Shown: positions 12,837-25,414 of the stretch, piece after piece
How positions within the stretch are numbered: position 1 is the first letter of the stretch
How the letters are laid out: each line of letters begins with the position of its first letter
From: Aplysia californica
Lineage: Eukaryota
Direction: 5' to 3'
NCBI RefSeq assembly: GCF_000002075.1
Contig: NW_004797574.1
Location: forward strand, 633,329 to 697,328
Length of the DNA: 64,000 bases
The notes under the pieces: model-generated
The model's database searches: none
What the model saw: only the letters and a program-made list of their open reading frames with translations
Told to the model about the DNA's origin: nothing
Program-made: the position numbers and the translations under genes

Positions 12837-13828
12837 GTAAGTATGGAACAGTGATGACATGTTCAGAAGCATTTAACTTTTCAACATCTCTTTCAGCTAT
12901 CTAGTTTGCCATTTTTTGGAAGATTAAAAAAAAACAGCCTCTATTTACTCTATAAAAAATTGTTTGCTTTGTGTCAATCTCTTTTTAACTTTAATTAGTA
13001 AAAGTTTTACAGCATTTGCAAAACAATAAGGTCACTTAAAAGTACCAAAGATTAGAGGTGTTACAAGAGAGCAACAGACACAAAAGAGGAGAGATAAGGA
13101 CAATAGACGTTTGATAGGAAAGGGGTAGCAAACCACACCTGAGCACCCGCCAAACTTCCACTTATTCTTTCTTGATATCATCGACATTTAAATCCAGACA
13201 GCACTCGGATGTCAAGTCCTTCAGGCTTTTAATTATAGTTGTTCAGCAATATTTTATACATATTTTTTGTCACTGCTGCAGCTGGACTGGTGTCTGTGGT
13301 GTAATAATTGAGCTCTGCGTTGTTGCTCACAGAAGACGTGAGTGTGTGGTTGGCGGATGCTTAGGTGTGGTTTGCTTCTTCTTTCCTATGACATCCATCA
13401 TCCTTGTCTCTTTTCCTTCTTTTTTGTTTGTTACTCTCTTGTAATACCTCTAATCTTCAGCACTTAAGACCACTGTGAGTTTGAGTTCGGTTTTTGGGGG
13501 GGGGGGTTTTCAAATCATCTCTACCTGTCTGCAGGCACATTGTATCCTCTCAGCACAGGTTGGCCTTGACAGGCAGAAAGTAGCCCTCCTCCTAGATAAT
13601 CCAAATTGTCATTACGGGTACGTATAATGTCTGTAAGAGTTCAAAGGGTTATGGGGTTTGTTACAGGGATCTTGATAGTTAGTGGCTGTACACAGAACTA
13701 TTCATACAAAAAATGGTATCGGTTGTTTGGGACAAGTATTGGCAAAATTATAAAAATAGCTTACATGCTGGCATCTTTATTCAGACCGTTCTTCATTTTG
13801 TGACTGTTTTTTCCTTGTTGCTCTGCAG

Positions 13829-13929
13829 GTCAAGAAGTCCATGAGGCAAAGAAGAAAGAATTAAAACACCTGATTGCTGCGAGGAAACATGAGCAGTACC
13901 TCAAAGATGGCACCACTTCTATCAAAATG
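13829..13929 (+). CDS. SCNM1: SCNM1 exon 4
   Basis: (C)QEVHEAKKKELKHLIAARKHEQYLKDGTTSIKM; strong TGCAG acceptor, weak GTACAG donor; phases 1 and 0 fit both neighbours. Confidence 0.8.
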
Positions 13930-14464
13930 GTACAGCTGAAGATGAGCTTTTTCTGTTACGTTTCACCTTCTTAAGAAACTTAAGCTTTATATTCGTAAAC
14001 TGTGTCATTATCATCAAGTGCCAGATCTGCGATCATAGTTCTTCATTATTCATTTGTTCGGACGCTCTAAAAAAACATGCATGATCCTGATCGATTTGAT
14101 CTTTCCCCTATCGCCCATCTGCCCATCTGTTTAGGCTCTCCAAGTAGGTTGTTCTGGGTCTACCCCTGCCTTATTTGCCATGAATTGTGCCTGTGAGAAT
14201 TATGTGGCCTTTATGTCTATTCAAGTGTCCCACTGTACGTAAGGAAAAATTTACTTTTACTTTTCAAGATGTTCTCTTTTGCTGTATATCTCCGTATGAA
14301 AAAAAAAGGCAGTCAACAATTCTACTCCAAAGGAAGAGATCAGTCCCCTGTGCATCACTGTGTCAATGTTTTGCCCATTTTCTTGAAATCTACCTCTGTC
14401 TTTCTGTGTTGTGTTGTTCTTGGTGTCCTTCTGACTCTGACCTCAGGGCCTCATCCCCTCAGTG

Positions 14465-15939
14465 CAGAGATGCCAACCACAGAAAACCGAAATGAGTATT
14501 GGGAAACATGAAAATGTGTATTTTCAGGGGTAAATGTGTATTCCCCACGACCGACCGACTAACCAGTAATAGTAAAATGTTCAGGGTGTCCAGCAATATT
14601 TCTTGAAAATAAATTACTAGCTCACCAGCTCGAAAAAGGGAGCACACACGCGTACAATATACATGTATCCATTCAACAACATGTCAGTGTTCAATGTCGT
14701 ACTGGGGTCTTGTTTGACTTAAGTATTTCAGTCTATTTTCCTCTCATTATTATATAAAAAATAAATCCTGCTTTGAGAGTTCGGAAGGGCCTAGAACAAG
14801 AACTTCGACTATCAAGAACCAGTCAGGGTGTCATGATTCATATTATGAACTGACAGAATCAAATTATTGCTCAAACTCAGAGAAAAGCAATAACTTGAAT
14901 GGCTCAAGTAGACCCATGCACCGTGAGAGTTGTAACAACTGTGGTAGGGCAAGATGCAGTGACACTGAAAATCTGCCAGTCTTGAACAGAAAGCTACAAC
15001 ATACACTGTCGGTATAATTTACTATCACCCATCCAATGAAACGCGCACACTGTATTTCAATAACACAGACTTGCAAAGTATGAGGGGTCCCGATTCCGCA
15101 CACGGCCTGTACCAACGCTCACTTTGCACAAAACTAATCAAAGTTCTGAAATGTGCTTCCAAGTTTTTGTCCTCTGGTGTTGCCTTAACACCCCCCCCCC
15201 CCCCCTCCAATAGTATCTTAAACCCCCCAAAAATCAATAATCTCCTCCTCTATGCCGTAGTCATATACTTCGCAGCGCCGTTACTCCCACCAAAGACGGT
15301 CTTTGCTCACCCGATGCCGTTATTTATGATGCGAACGCGCGCAGGTTCAGTGACCGGTCACGACGGCGAGCCTGACAATCTAAAAATCGGACGACGCTTG
15401 TATTTTCTTTTCTTTTTTTTCCCCTCAAGTGACAGCACAGCGACGAGTCCGAGTATTTCTTACATTTAATTTGCACGGTGACATTGCGTTTATACTGTAC
15501 AACCTGCATGCCACAAATGTTGCGTTATCAGACAAATGCTGGCAAACTTCTCCGTGGTAACGAAAGCGAAAGTAGATCTTGATTTTCCCGATCGAGCCTC
15601 GGTGTCACATACGCTTCCGCCTGCCGCCATAGCTGCCTATTCGCGTGAAAGTGAAACGTACTCTCCGGACGGGGAAAAGCTGAACGAATATACGATCGCG
15701 ACCGGCAAAATTTAACTTACTGACCACATCGGACTTGATTTTCAAATACTCCAGTTCTGCGATGCTGATACTATTTTGACAAAAGATGGGACTTGAGATA
15801 ATTAGGTTTACCCGCCCAAGCTGAATCTCGTATTTTTTCGCATTCCAGGATGCATATTTTTTCATGAAAAGTCGCATTCGCGTATTTTCGGCCAAAAATC
15901 GTACTAAAATACGTAAAATTGTACTGGTTGGCATCTCTG
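14465..15939. mobile_element. Non-autonomous hAT-like element
   Basis: 15-bp perfect TIR CAGAGATGCCAACCA; TCAGTG duplicated on both flanks. Confidence 0.8.
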
Positions 15940-16274
15940 TCAGTGTCTTTCTGGTTCAGGTATAGGCCTACATGTACTGAGGTGTTTCCTTTACTTTGTG
16001 TGAATTCATCAAGTGATATGTTTCTTTACTCTTTGTTTCACTGTTGTTTCTATCTGTTATACTTTTCCTTACATTAGATGACCATAATGTGTTGATGGGT
16101 AAAAGTTTCTGCCAATGCATACTTTATGGCAACTGATGTATTGTGTGCCTTTTGTCAACCAACATCAGATTCCACAAATATCAGCAGACTCATGCCTATG
16201 TGAGCTGCCTTTTATTAATTCCCCCAAACAAAACAGTACTATTTAGTCTCATCTTTGAATTTTCATCCTTCCAG

Positions 16275-17080
16275 GCTGCTTCCACTGGTGGTGGTTTCTC
16301 CAAATCTGCACCTTATGATCCACGAGTTCGAAAGAAGTATGTCAAACACGGAGAAAGAAAGCCACGAGTCGACCTATCAGAGTTGGATGTATCCGACACA
16401 CAACAGTCGTGTATATCTCACAGAATGGCGGACAGACAGACAAGAGACACATCAACGTGGAGGGATTTGTGCCAGCAGCAGGCAGAAGGACCCGTGCAGC
16501 ATGACAAACAGCTAAAGAATATTTTCAAACAAAAAATATCAGACCCTGTGAGGGTGACTCCGTATCAGTCAATGAGTGGCCGAAGTAAGTCTCGGTCTGG
16601 TCATCACCGTCTGGGCGAAAGCTCAACGGGTACTCTGCCCCCACAAAGCAGTATGTGTCCTGTCAATCAATATGCATCGGGCTACTCCGACTCAAACTTC
16701 AACTCACCTGTAGCCCCATATCACTCGGAACCTCTGATGGCTCAAAATCGTCTGACTATGTTGTCTTGTTCGTCAGTCAGTGCCACGCTGTATCAAGCGC
16801 AGAACTATGCGACAATTCCGTTGGAGCAGTTCACATCCACACCTAACGCTTCAGGCACGTCAGACTTGACCTCTTGGTCAGTACAATCACCTGCAGAGAC
16901 TACTCGTGTTGGCACCACTGGTCAGGGTCAGCGTGGAGACTCAAACTTGAATGGCAAAGCATCAACCACGTCCACCTCAGCACGGTTACAGGCACAAGGC
17001 AGTCACAACCCAGGGAGTGGGAGTGGCCCTCAACCGCCAGCTAACAGGGAATTGGTAGAGAAATACAGGCTGCTACAGGG
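16275..17080 (+). CDS. SCNM1: SCNM1 exon 5 (806 nt, long Ser/Thr/Gln-rich region)
   Basis: Open frame from CCAG acceptor to GG|GTAGGT donor; SAPYD near the start and ELVEKYRLLQG at the end match SCNM1 anchors; phase 2 fits exon 6. Confidence 0.85.
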
Positions 17081-17107
17081 GTAGGTTATCTTTAAATTTA
17101 TCTTTAA

Positions 17108-18033
17108 CTCACTTCAGACGGGTCACACAACAGTTGCGTGACCCCCGACGCGACGCTCGCGACGGGTCTCACAAGCCCTGCGTGACCAACTTTGGAATTT
17201 TTTTTTCACTCTACAAATCACGCACGGATCGCGAGACCCGCCTCGTACCCTTGTTTGGCCAAGCCTGAGCTACTTAGACTTCGTTTCGTATCTCTGGGGC
17301 CGGTAGTTTTTAAGTTATTGAAGGTGAAGGACAGTGACCCCAACTGGGGTTGAACAGACCGGAACTCGCGCTTTGTTTTTTTCTATACAGCTGATAGTAA
17401 TCCGACAGTCGCGTCGTAGTAACGGTCGAAGAAATCGCATGAACAAGAATCACATAATTTCGCCGTTTTCTATACTTCTGTGCGTTTTACTAGTTCTAGT
17501 GTCTCAGAATATGATGTGTCTAATAGTTAGGATCCTGGATATGTACCCGAACACAGCCCGAGTCGTAGTTCTAGGGCTAGATCTAGCACTAGTACCGGTG
17601 TTGTTTTTCGCGCAACGAAATCACAACGTCGTGCCGTACATCTGTCTCATGTAATTCAGTGTATGGGTCTGAATCAATGCACAGACCAGCTTTTATATTT
17701 TTACCAAACACTCGCACATGTATACAAATCAAACCAGAACACTTTGAACTTTTATTTTTGTTGTTGCAGTGAATTTCATTCTACTTGTCACGTCTCTGGA
17801 AATTTTTCGGAAAATCAAATTCATGCCAATTTTAAAAAATTCATACAAATTAAAGTATTAGACTTACACAACTTTAGTATTTTTGTATTAGATTAAGCTT
17901 GAATGTTACTTTGCTGTGTCAAAAAATGATTACAATAGGGTAATTCTGAGAGTTGTGGTGATTTATTGAAATACCCCCAAAAACGCCAGTCTTCAACGCT
18001 TGTGACTGGTGAAAGGGCCCAGTCGCAAGTGAG
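17108..18033. mobile_element. Non-autonomous piggyBac-like element, family E copy 1
   Basis: TTAA|CTCACTT...AAGTGAG|TTAG; nearly identical to 23351-24275. Confidence 0.85.
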
Positions 18034-18539
18034 TTAGTTATGTAGGTATTGTTATGCCTCCATTGAGACAATTATTTGTAATAGGCCATTTACTGGGGTG
18101 CAGGCTTGGATCCTGCCTGTAGTGCCTGTCAAGGCCAGCACATGCTGAGACAGATACGACATCGTAGTCCTGGTAGAAAAACCTCAGAAACTCGATAAAG
18201 ATTTTGATATCAAACTTTGGTCTCCCGCATCCGTTGGCGAAGTGTCTAACTGCTACACCAGACACCGGTATGTTATCTATGAATGTTACTGTTGTTACAT
18301 GGACAGTGCTGTTCTTGAAGATTTTGGGTTAAACTTAAAGGGAGTGCATCTTGTCAAATTTGAGAACAAACTGGCATTGTTTCAGTGGTTCTACTAGTTC
18401 CAGCAAGCCCATACCATGTCTCTTATCTCTAGTAGGCCCATTCTGATGACAAAAGCAAGACTAAATCGAATAGAATATAGAAACTTGACCTCTTCGTATA
18501 TCCAACACAGGATGGTTGCACAGGTTCATAAAGAGATTC

Positions 18540-19045
18540 AGGGGGGCTCTCGTGGCCTAGAGGTCTCATTCAAAGGTCCCGGATTCAAATCCGGGTAGCA
18601 ACGGAAACATTTTTTTTTCTCTAAAATATTGTCTCCTTTCGCCTCCTTTCCTGCTCTCTAGCCATATTCTATCGTCTGCTTTCATCGCCACTTTCTGTCC
18701 CCACCCCTAACCTCCTTTGCCCCCTCCTCTGGGCTCCTGACTCTTTTTGCAGCCTTTCCATTGCTTTTCCTTGGCTCCTTCTTACTGCTGTCTTTCAGCC
18801 ACACCCCTGATCTTCTGGTAGGAAAGATCTACACCTAGCCTTCTCGGACAAGGGCGAAAAATCTCTGAGGTCCCGTGTGCAAGTTGCGCACATTAAAGAT
18901 ACCTAGGTGGTCCAAAATCGATAAAAGTAGGCTTCAGCCGCCACCTGGTCAAAATTCTAAATTTCCTACCAACTGAAAATGTTAGGTGTGTCCCGCGCGC
19001 TCATATGACCTTATGCAGTTGCAAGCGGCGTAAAACACTTTTTTA
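18540..19045 (+). mobile_element. tRNA-derived SINE with I-group LINE-type tail
   Basis: A-box-like TGGCCTAGAGG, B-box-like GGATTCAAATCC, tail GCGCTCATATGACCTTATGCAGTTGCAAGCGGCGTAAAAC. Confidence 0.65.
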
Positions 19046-20119
19046 AAAACCCAAGAGAATCGACTTAATCACTCCAAAAGCTGTGTGCAGCTATCTGCAA
19101 CAATAAATCCTTTACAGTGATTCATTTTCCGACCATTGTACCATTACAGTAGTTACTTCCGTTAAAGTGTGAGTGGGAAGTGGTCATTTGTACTGGTGGC
19201 CGTCCGTTACAGCTGGTTCGCCTGCACTTTACTACGATATTAGTTTTGTTATGTCAAAGTCTTCACAAAGCTTATCATCATGCTACACACAGTTGAGCTT
19301 TAGATATACCAGGATCATCTGATGCTCATGCAGGCATACCAATACCATTGTGGTATTGAAGGTTGGATTCGATGCTACTGTTCTCAAGTCCGCCTTGACT
19401 TACCTTACATTTACATTGCAGTTATTAGTAAATCTTTTCTAGCCCTGAACCTCCATAAAAACATAAATGCAGTAGCCATTGTAGGCCTATCCATTCTAAA
19501 TAATGTAAGGATGCAACCTGCTATTCATTTATTAAATTGTAAAATGGAGTCAGTGTATTGTAAGGTTCAGTGCAAACTTGATAAAGGGTCTCAGAAAGAC
19601 CATTTTTAAATCTATTGATGTTGATGATCGTGTTGAAAAGGAATCGTGAAAGTGAAACATCTGTGTATTGTGTGCTTAATTGGTTTGACACTGCCTACTA
19701 TTCTTATATAATAAGAATCCTCTTGTATACAGGTATATATTAATGAATTAATAATAATAGATAGCATTTGTATAGCGCATATCCCCGCTCAGCAGCAGGC
19801 TCTATGCGCTTTACACTATATTATTACCCCAGCAGACCATAGAACACTCCGAAACATTCTCAGCTTCCCGGGAAGCTTTAATGGTAAATAAATCATTTAA
19901 TATCTTGTCTTGTATTTTTATCAAGCTCACCATCAACATTTTTAAAAATAAATTTTTAATCGGGTCTTAGGACTGAAAATGCTTTTCTTGAGTTGCCCAT
20001 TTTGTGACTAGTGTCAATGCTGTAATTGTAAGTTTTGTTGAAAAGGTATTTAATCTGGTTTTTCTCTTCATCTCAAGAGTTTACACCTGGTGACAACTCC
20101 CTGTTGTATTTTTCTGCAG

Positions 20120-20210
20120 CTCTGGTTGGAAACGAGACTGGGATGGAAAATGGATCAAAGATGAGAATGCTGAGTTTGACTCTGATGAAGAGCCTCCAGA
20201 TGTGCCATAG
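20120..20210 (+). CDS. SCNM1: SCNM1 exon 6 (acidic C-terminal motif and stop)
   Basis: SGWKRDWDGKWIKDENAEFDSDEEPPDVP* matches the SCNM1 C-terminus SGW...KDENVEFDSDEEEPP; AATAAA at 20243-20248. Confidence 0.95.
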
Positions 20211-20629
20211 GGGGAAAATACAGAAGTGTTTTTTTCTTTTCTAATAAAACTATGAAAACCCAGAAACTATACAGTTTTCTTTGCTTTTTTTTTCTCCAAG
20301 GTCCCAGGGTACTGCGTTCCTCCTGCTCCTGTTACCTGATGGGTTTTTTTTTTTTGGTTTTTTTTTCTTCTCAGACACTTTACCTTTCTCCACATTCAGA
20401 CATGTGCGTGGATGGTTGGCAGGTGCTCTGGTGTGATTTGCTCCTCCTTTTTGTGTTTGTTACTAGTTACTCCTTGTAACACCTAATCTTCAGGACTTAT
20501 AATATAAAAATATGACCTAATTGTGTTGAAAGTGCCATAAAACTTACTTTAAAAAAAGATATTGTACATCGAACCCTCCTGTTGCCCCGACAGAACCAGT
20601 GGTATGAAAACCCAAGCAATCTACTTTTT

Positions 20630-21050
20630 TTTTAGTAGAGGTTTTACGGCGCTCTCAACTGCATAAGGTCATATGAGCACCAAGTAGTGTATGTCAACAG
20701 AGAAGTCCTTACAGGGAATCAGACTTACTCTGCTCACATCTTTAGCTTCAACAGAACAAAGTCTGCTTCGACTATCAAGGCACCCCGGACGTTGCGGATC
20801 ACAAGAGTGTGACAAACATACAAAAGAAGTAGAGGAAAAATGACGATAGAAAGGATTAGTTATGACGTTAGTAAGGATTAGGAAAGAAAAAGCAGCAGTT
20901 CCTTGTTGCAGTTTAGGCACAGTTGTGATGAGCGTGACATTGATGAATCAGCCCATTTACAATTACAATTCTGCTGCGCATAAGAACTCAAGATGTTAAT
21001 TGCCCCCCGCCCCCCGGAATGGCCTAAAGACACTTCAGCACGGATTGTGT
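20630..21050 (-). mobile_element. Retroposon of the same family as 47900-48300
   Basis: Reverse complement of the 47900-48300 body and tail. Confidence 0.75.
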
Positions 21051-21238
21051 CTGGACAAATCAGTCACGTAAGACAAGACACTTTTCTTCCATAAGAACTT
21101 CCGACTATGAAAATTTCACATGACTCATGGTAATGAAAATGTAGAAAGATCCTGCCGACCACAAGTACTCAAAATACCACATTGTACACAACAAAAGACC
21201 AAAAAAATGACACTACTACTGCATAAAATTGGTACAAT

Positions 21239-21244
21239 TTTATT
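21239..21244 (-). terminator. Probable poly(A) signal of the SNF gene
   Basis: AATAAA on the minus strand followed by a U/GU-rich tract (GTGTCATTTTTTTGGTCTTTTGTTGTGT). Confidence 0.55.
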
Positions 21245-22857
21245 CCATAAAAACATAAGAACAGCTCATTCCAAAGAACAATTCCACATGTGTGCAAAGC
21301 CGTGGGAACAGCAGGGGGTGCAATGTCCGATCATGCCGTCTCTTACTCACAATAACAGAAGAAAACGAGGAAACAAACTTCTACAAAGGCATCATACAAC
21401 TCTATTGATTTTGTATGTTGACATTACACTTGAGAGGAGCCAGGCCTACAACCATTCCTCTATAAGAGGCTAAGAAAAATAAGACATTACTTTCCTGAAT
21501 ATCGACAGCACCACACTCGCTTCTATTTTTTTTGTCACAAAAGATCTGGGGGGAGAGAGCCTCAATAGCAGTGAATAGTTTCGTAGACCTATCTAAAAAG
21601 TTATTTCAGAGACAGAGCTTCATGTCTGCCAACAGGAAATTGAGCTGGGTGGAAATCTCTCAAGGAAGGGTGAGAACATTTTAAAGAACCACAGAGGGAT
21701 GGCCGTTGAAGTTTGGAACATACAAATAACCGAAGCTTTTCATCTTCATAGCCTGACTAAATCTCCCTGGTAGAGAGCTTGATGTGCTCCAATCAACAGT
21801 AAGGTTAGACTGTATGAAAACATGGTCAAACAAAATGTCTAGCCCTGCAGATTAATACAGATGTAGGATGCCTTTGATAATCATACTGCTACACATCTTC
21901 CCGCAATCACACCACACACAAACACTTGCACCACTCACACCACACGCACTCGGCACGATCAGACGGGAGTGCAAGGCTGCCCACAGCCCATGCGGATGTT
22001 GTTGCACAAAATCATTTGGCATTACCTGTAGTAAGGTGGACATGAAACATAACAGGAGCATCATGTCCCGACTTCAGCTCTCTGAGAGTCGGTGAGAGCG
22101 TAAATGATACACCTGAAACAATCAAACCAACACACCTTTACTGGGATTCTGCCTGTGGGTGGTATGAGTAGAGATGATGGTAATGAAGGACATGATCACA
22201 AAAAAAGATTTGATGTTTAACACAGGACACATACAAAAGAACACAAGTATAGCAGCGAACCAGCACATGATACAACCTTTTCTAATCAAACACTCTTTAC
22301 ATACAAGATGGTGGTCCAGACTACAGAAGAATGTGTTTAATTTAGATGAGAATCCCATCCACACAATGCCTCGTTGGAAAAAGCATAAACAGTAACGGAC
22401 AGAAAAGATTAGGTTGGAGTAAAGATACACATATCGACAAAACAACCATTTAGTGTTCAGAGAGGAGCAGACAAATAAAACAGAATTGGTACAGAAACAG
22501 AACCCTTCAACCATCCACAGAAAAACTGAGAAATAGTCGTGACCCTCTCCAACAAACCACTATATAAGAGCACTGTGAATCAACAATGACAATCACAATA
22601 TGGCGACGGAGTTTTAGTTAAATTGAAATCCTTTTTTCAGATCCCCCATAATGGATAATTTACTCAACTGGGCACTCCTGGTGTCAGTTTACAGCACAAG
22701 AACCAACACCACAGAGTAGAGGAACTAAAGATAAAGAAATATTTATTGGGATCAATTTGCTCAAAGTTATAGATCCAAAACAGTAAAACCACCACAGAAA
22801 TGACAGATGTATTTAACCTTTTATCAGTTTACATGGATGAGTGAAGATTTACCATGT

Positions 22858-23017
22858 TTATTTCTTGGCAAAAGTAATTTTCATTGCATTTGTGGGTGTA
22901 ATCTTGAAGCTCTGTAGGGCATCTTTAGCTGCTCCGGCCTGTACATCTGTCTCAAACTCCACAAAGGCGATGTCGTGTCGGCCTGGCACCAAACGCACCT
23001 CTTTGAACCCAGGGAAC
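22858..23017 (-). CDS. snf: SNF (U1A/U2B'') last coding exon, RRM2 second half and stop
   Basis: (Q)[52 protein letters not shown], the canonical U1A/U2B'' C-terminus. Confidence 0.96.
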
Positions 23018-23350
23018 CTTCACAAGAAGAAAAAAAAATATTCATGAAGCATTTTCCAAAATACAGAAACCCTAAAAAATCAACACAATATTTTCGAAAC
23101 TTGAGCCACATCCTAGACTCTCTACACAAAGTATCGACATTGCGAAGAAGTAAGAATTAAAATAAGCTAAGCTGACTAAATCTATTGCAGTTACCACTCC
23201 TGTACTAGTTACGAGCATCTTTAATTGTTTCATGTAAAAGGAATATTACACAAGTGGATGCAGACAGACAAAAAGTCAAAGAAACATCAACAAAAAGGTT
23301 AAAGCAAAAAAAACGGGCAAAGAAAAGTAAGCAATGTAAATATAGCTTAA

Positions 23351-24275
23351 CTCACTTCAGACGGGTCACACAACAGTTGTGTGACCCCCGCCGCGACGCT
23401 CGCGACGGGTCTCACAAGCCCTGCGTGACGAACTTGGGAATTTTTTTTCCGCTCTACAAATCACGCACGGATCGCGAGACCCACCTCGTACCCTTGTTTG
23501 GCCAAGCCTGAGCTACTTAGACTTCGTTTCGTATCTCTGGGGTCGGTAGTTTTTAAGTTATTGCAGGTGAAGGACAGTGACCCCAACTGGGGTTGAACAG
23601 ACCGGAACTCGCGCTTTGTTTTTTTCTATACAGCTGATAGTAATCCGACAGTCGCGTCGTAGTAACGGTCGAAGAAGTCGCATGAACAAGAATCACATAA
23701 TTTCGCCGTTTTCTATACTTCTGTGCGTTTTACTAGTTCTAGTGTCTCAGAATATGATGTGTCTGATAGTTAGGATCCTGGATATGTACCCGAACACGGC
23801 CCGAGTCGTAGTTCTAGGGCTAGATCTAGCACTAGTACCGGTGTTGTTTTTCGCGCAACGAAATCACAACGTCGTGCCGTACATCTGTCTCATGTAATTC
23901 AGTGTATTGGTCTGAATCAATGCACAGACCAGCTTTTATATTTTCACCAAACACTCGCACATGTATACAAATCAAACCAGAACACTTTGAACTTTTATTT
24001 TTGTTGTTGTAGTGAATTTCATTCTACTTGTCACATCTCTGGAAATTTTTCGGAAAATCAAATTCATGCCAATTTTTAAAAAATCATACAAATTAAAGAA
24101 CTAGACTTAGATAACTTTAGTTTTTTGTATTAGATTAAGCTTGACTGTTACTTTACTGTGTCAAAAAATAATTACAATAGGGTAATTCTGAGAGTTGTGG
24201 TGATTTATTGAAATACCCCCAAAAACGCCAGTCTTCAACGCTTGTGACTGGTGAAAGGGCCCAGTCGCAAGTGAG
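23351..24275. mobile_element. Non-autonomous piggyBac-like element, family E copy 2
   Basis: TTAA|CTCACTT...AAGTGAG|TTAA with perfect TTAA duplication. Confidence 0.88.
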
Positions 24276-25242
24276 TTAAGCATCTATATTGAGGGGTAAA
24301 CATCTGTAAACCTTGTAAATCTTTTTGTTCAATAATTAACCAAAACATTTTGCGTTTGAGTGCGAAGACAAATAGTCAGAGCTAGAAACAGTGTGCTTTT
24401 AATTTTTAGTTTTAGTAAGAGATTTACAGCACATGTAACACAATAAAGTCATATAAAATTATAAGTGCCGAAGATTAGAGGTGTTACAAGGGAGTAACAA
24501 ACACAAAATAGAAGGAGGGGAGATAAGGATGATAGATGTTTGAAAGAAAAGGAGCAAACCACACCAGAGCACCTGCCAACCAACCACAATGAGGAACATT
24601 CACCCTTTTTGTGAAGAGGCTCAACAAAAACAGTAGACTTCTAACACTTCAAAAAAGAGCAACACAATCAAGATATAACCCTCTATGAAGAAATTGTTAG
24701 CAGGGACACTAATCACAACACATTGTCCCACCAGTACTGGCCGGGAAAAAGGAAGGTAAACTGGCTTCACATAGGCAAATACAATTTCTTTGAGCTATGT
24801 TGTGTTGTCCATCAACACTGGCAAATAAGTGCAGCCAAAACAAAAAGGAGAGGTACTCTCAATAGAAAAAAATTAGAGACAAGTCTTCCTTATGCCCTCA
24901 TCATCATTTACAGAGGGGCTTTTTTTGTTACTAAAGATCTAACTATTATTCCCCTCCACATTTAGTTAAAGGTTTTAAAACAATAAGGTCACAACACAGT
25001 TGATGTCATTTTTGTTTTGTTCTGAGAAAATCTAAAAAAAAACACCAATACTTACACAAAACAACCCCAGGAATAATGAACATGTCCCTGTAACCCACAA
25101 CTTAATACATCAAACAAAACCCTGTTATATTAAACAAGTAATGAACACTTTCACCGCACCAAGAACTAAAAACCTGAGAGAAAATAAAAAATTGAGGCAA
25201 ATAGTGTTATGACGGTAAGAAAAAGGCATTGCGTCAACGTAC

Positions 25243-25414
25243 TGATTGAACAACATGGACAACATCATCTCGTTGGTCTCTTCGGGCAGGTTGGTGATGA
25301 ACAGGATCTGGTTGGGTGGCTGTTCGGGGATGGCGCTCACAGCAGGCGGGGCTGCCACTGGGGCGGGCATACCCACGGGAGCAACAGGGACGGGAGGGTT
25401 CAGCTGTGGGGGTG
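25243..25414 (-). CDS. snf: SNF coding exon 5 (Pro-rich linker and start of RRM2)
   Basis: [57 protein letters not shown]; TTCCAG acceptor, GTACGT donor; phases fit. Confidence 0.93.

Noticed and set aside
13542-13575. GTATCCTCT...CCTTGACAG resembling U12 signals in SCNM1 intron 3
   Set aside because: Spacing is too short for an intron, and a similar sequence at ~54541-54577 suggests a dispersed repeat
17334-17654. 106-aa ORF repeated at 23577-23897
   Set aside because: Lies inside a duplicated non-autonomous piggyBac-like element, starts at GTG and has no recognisable domain
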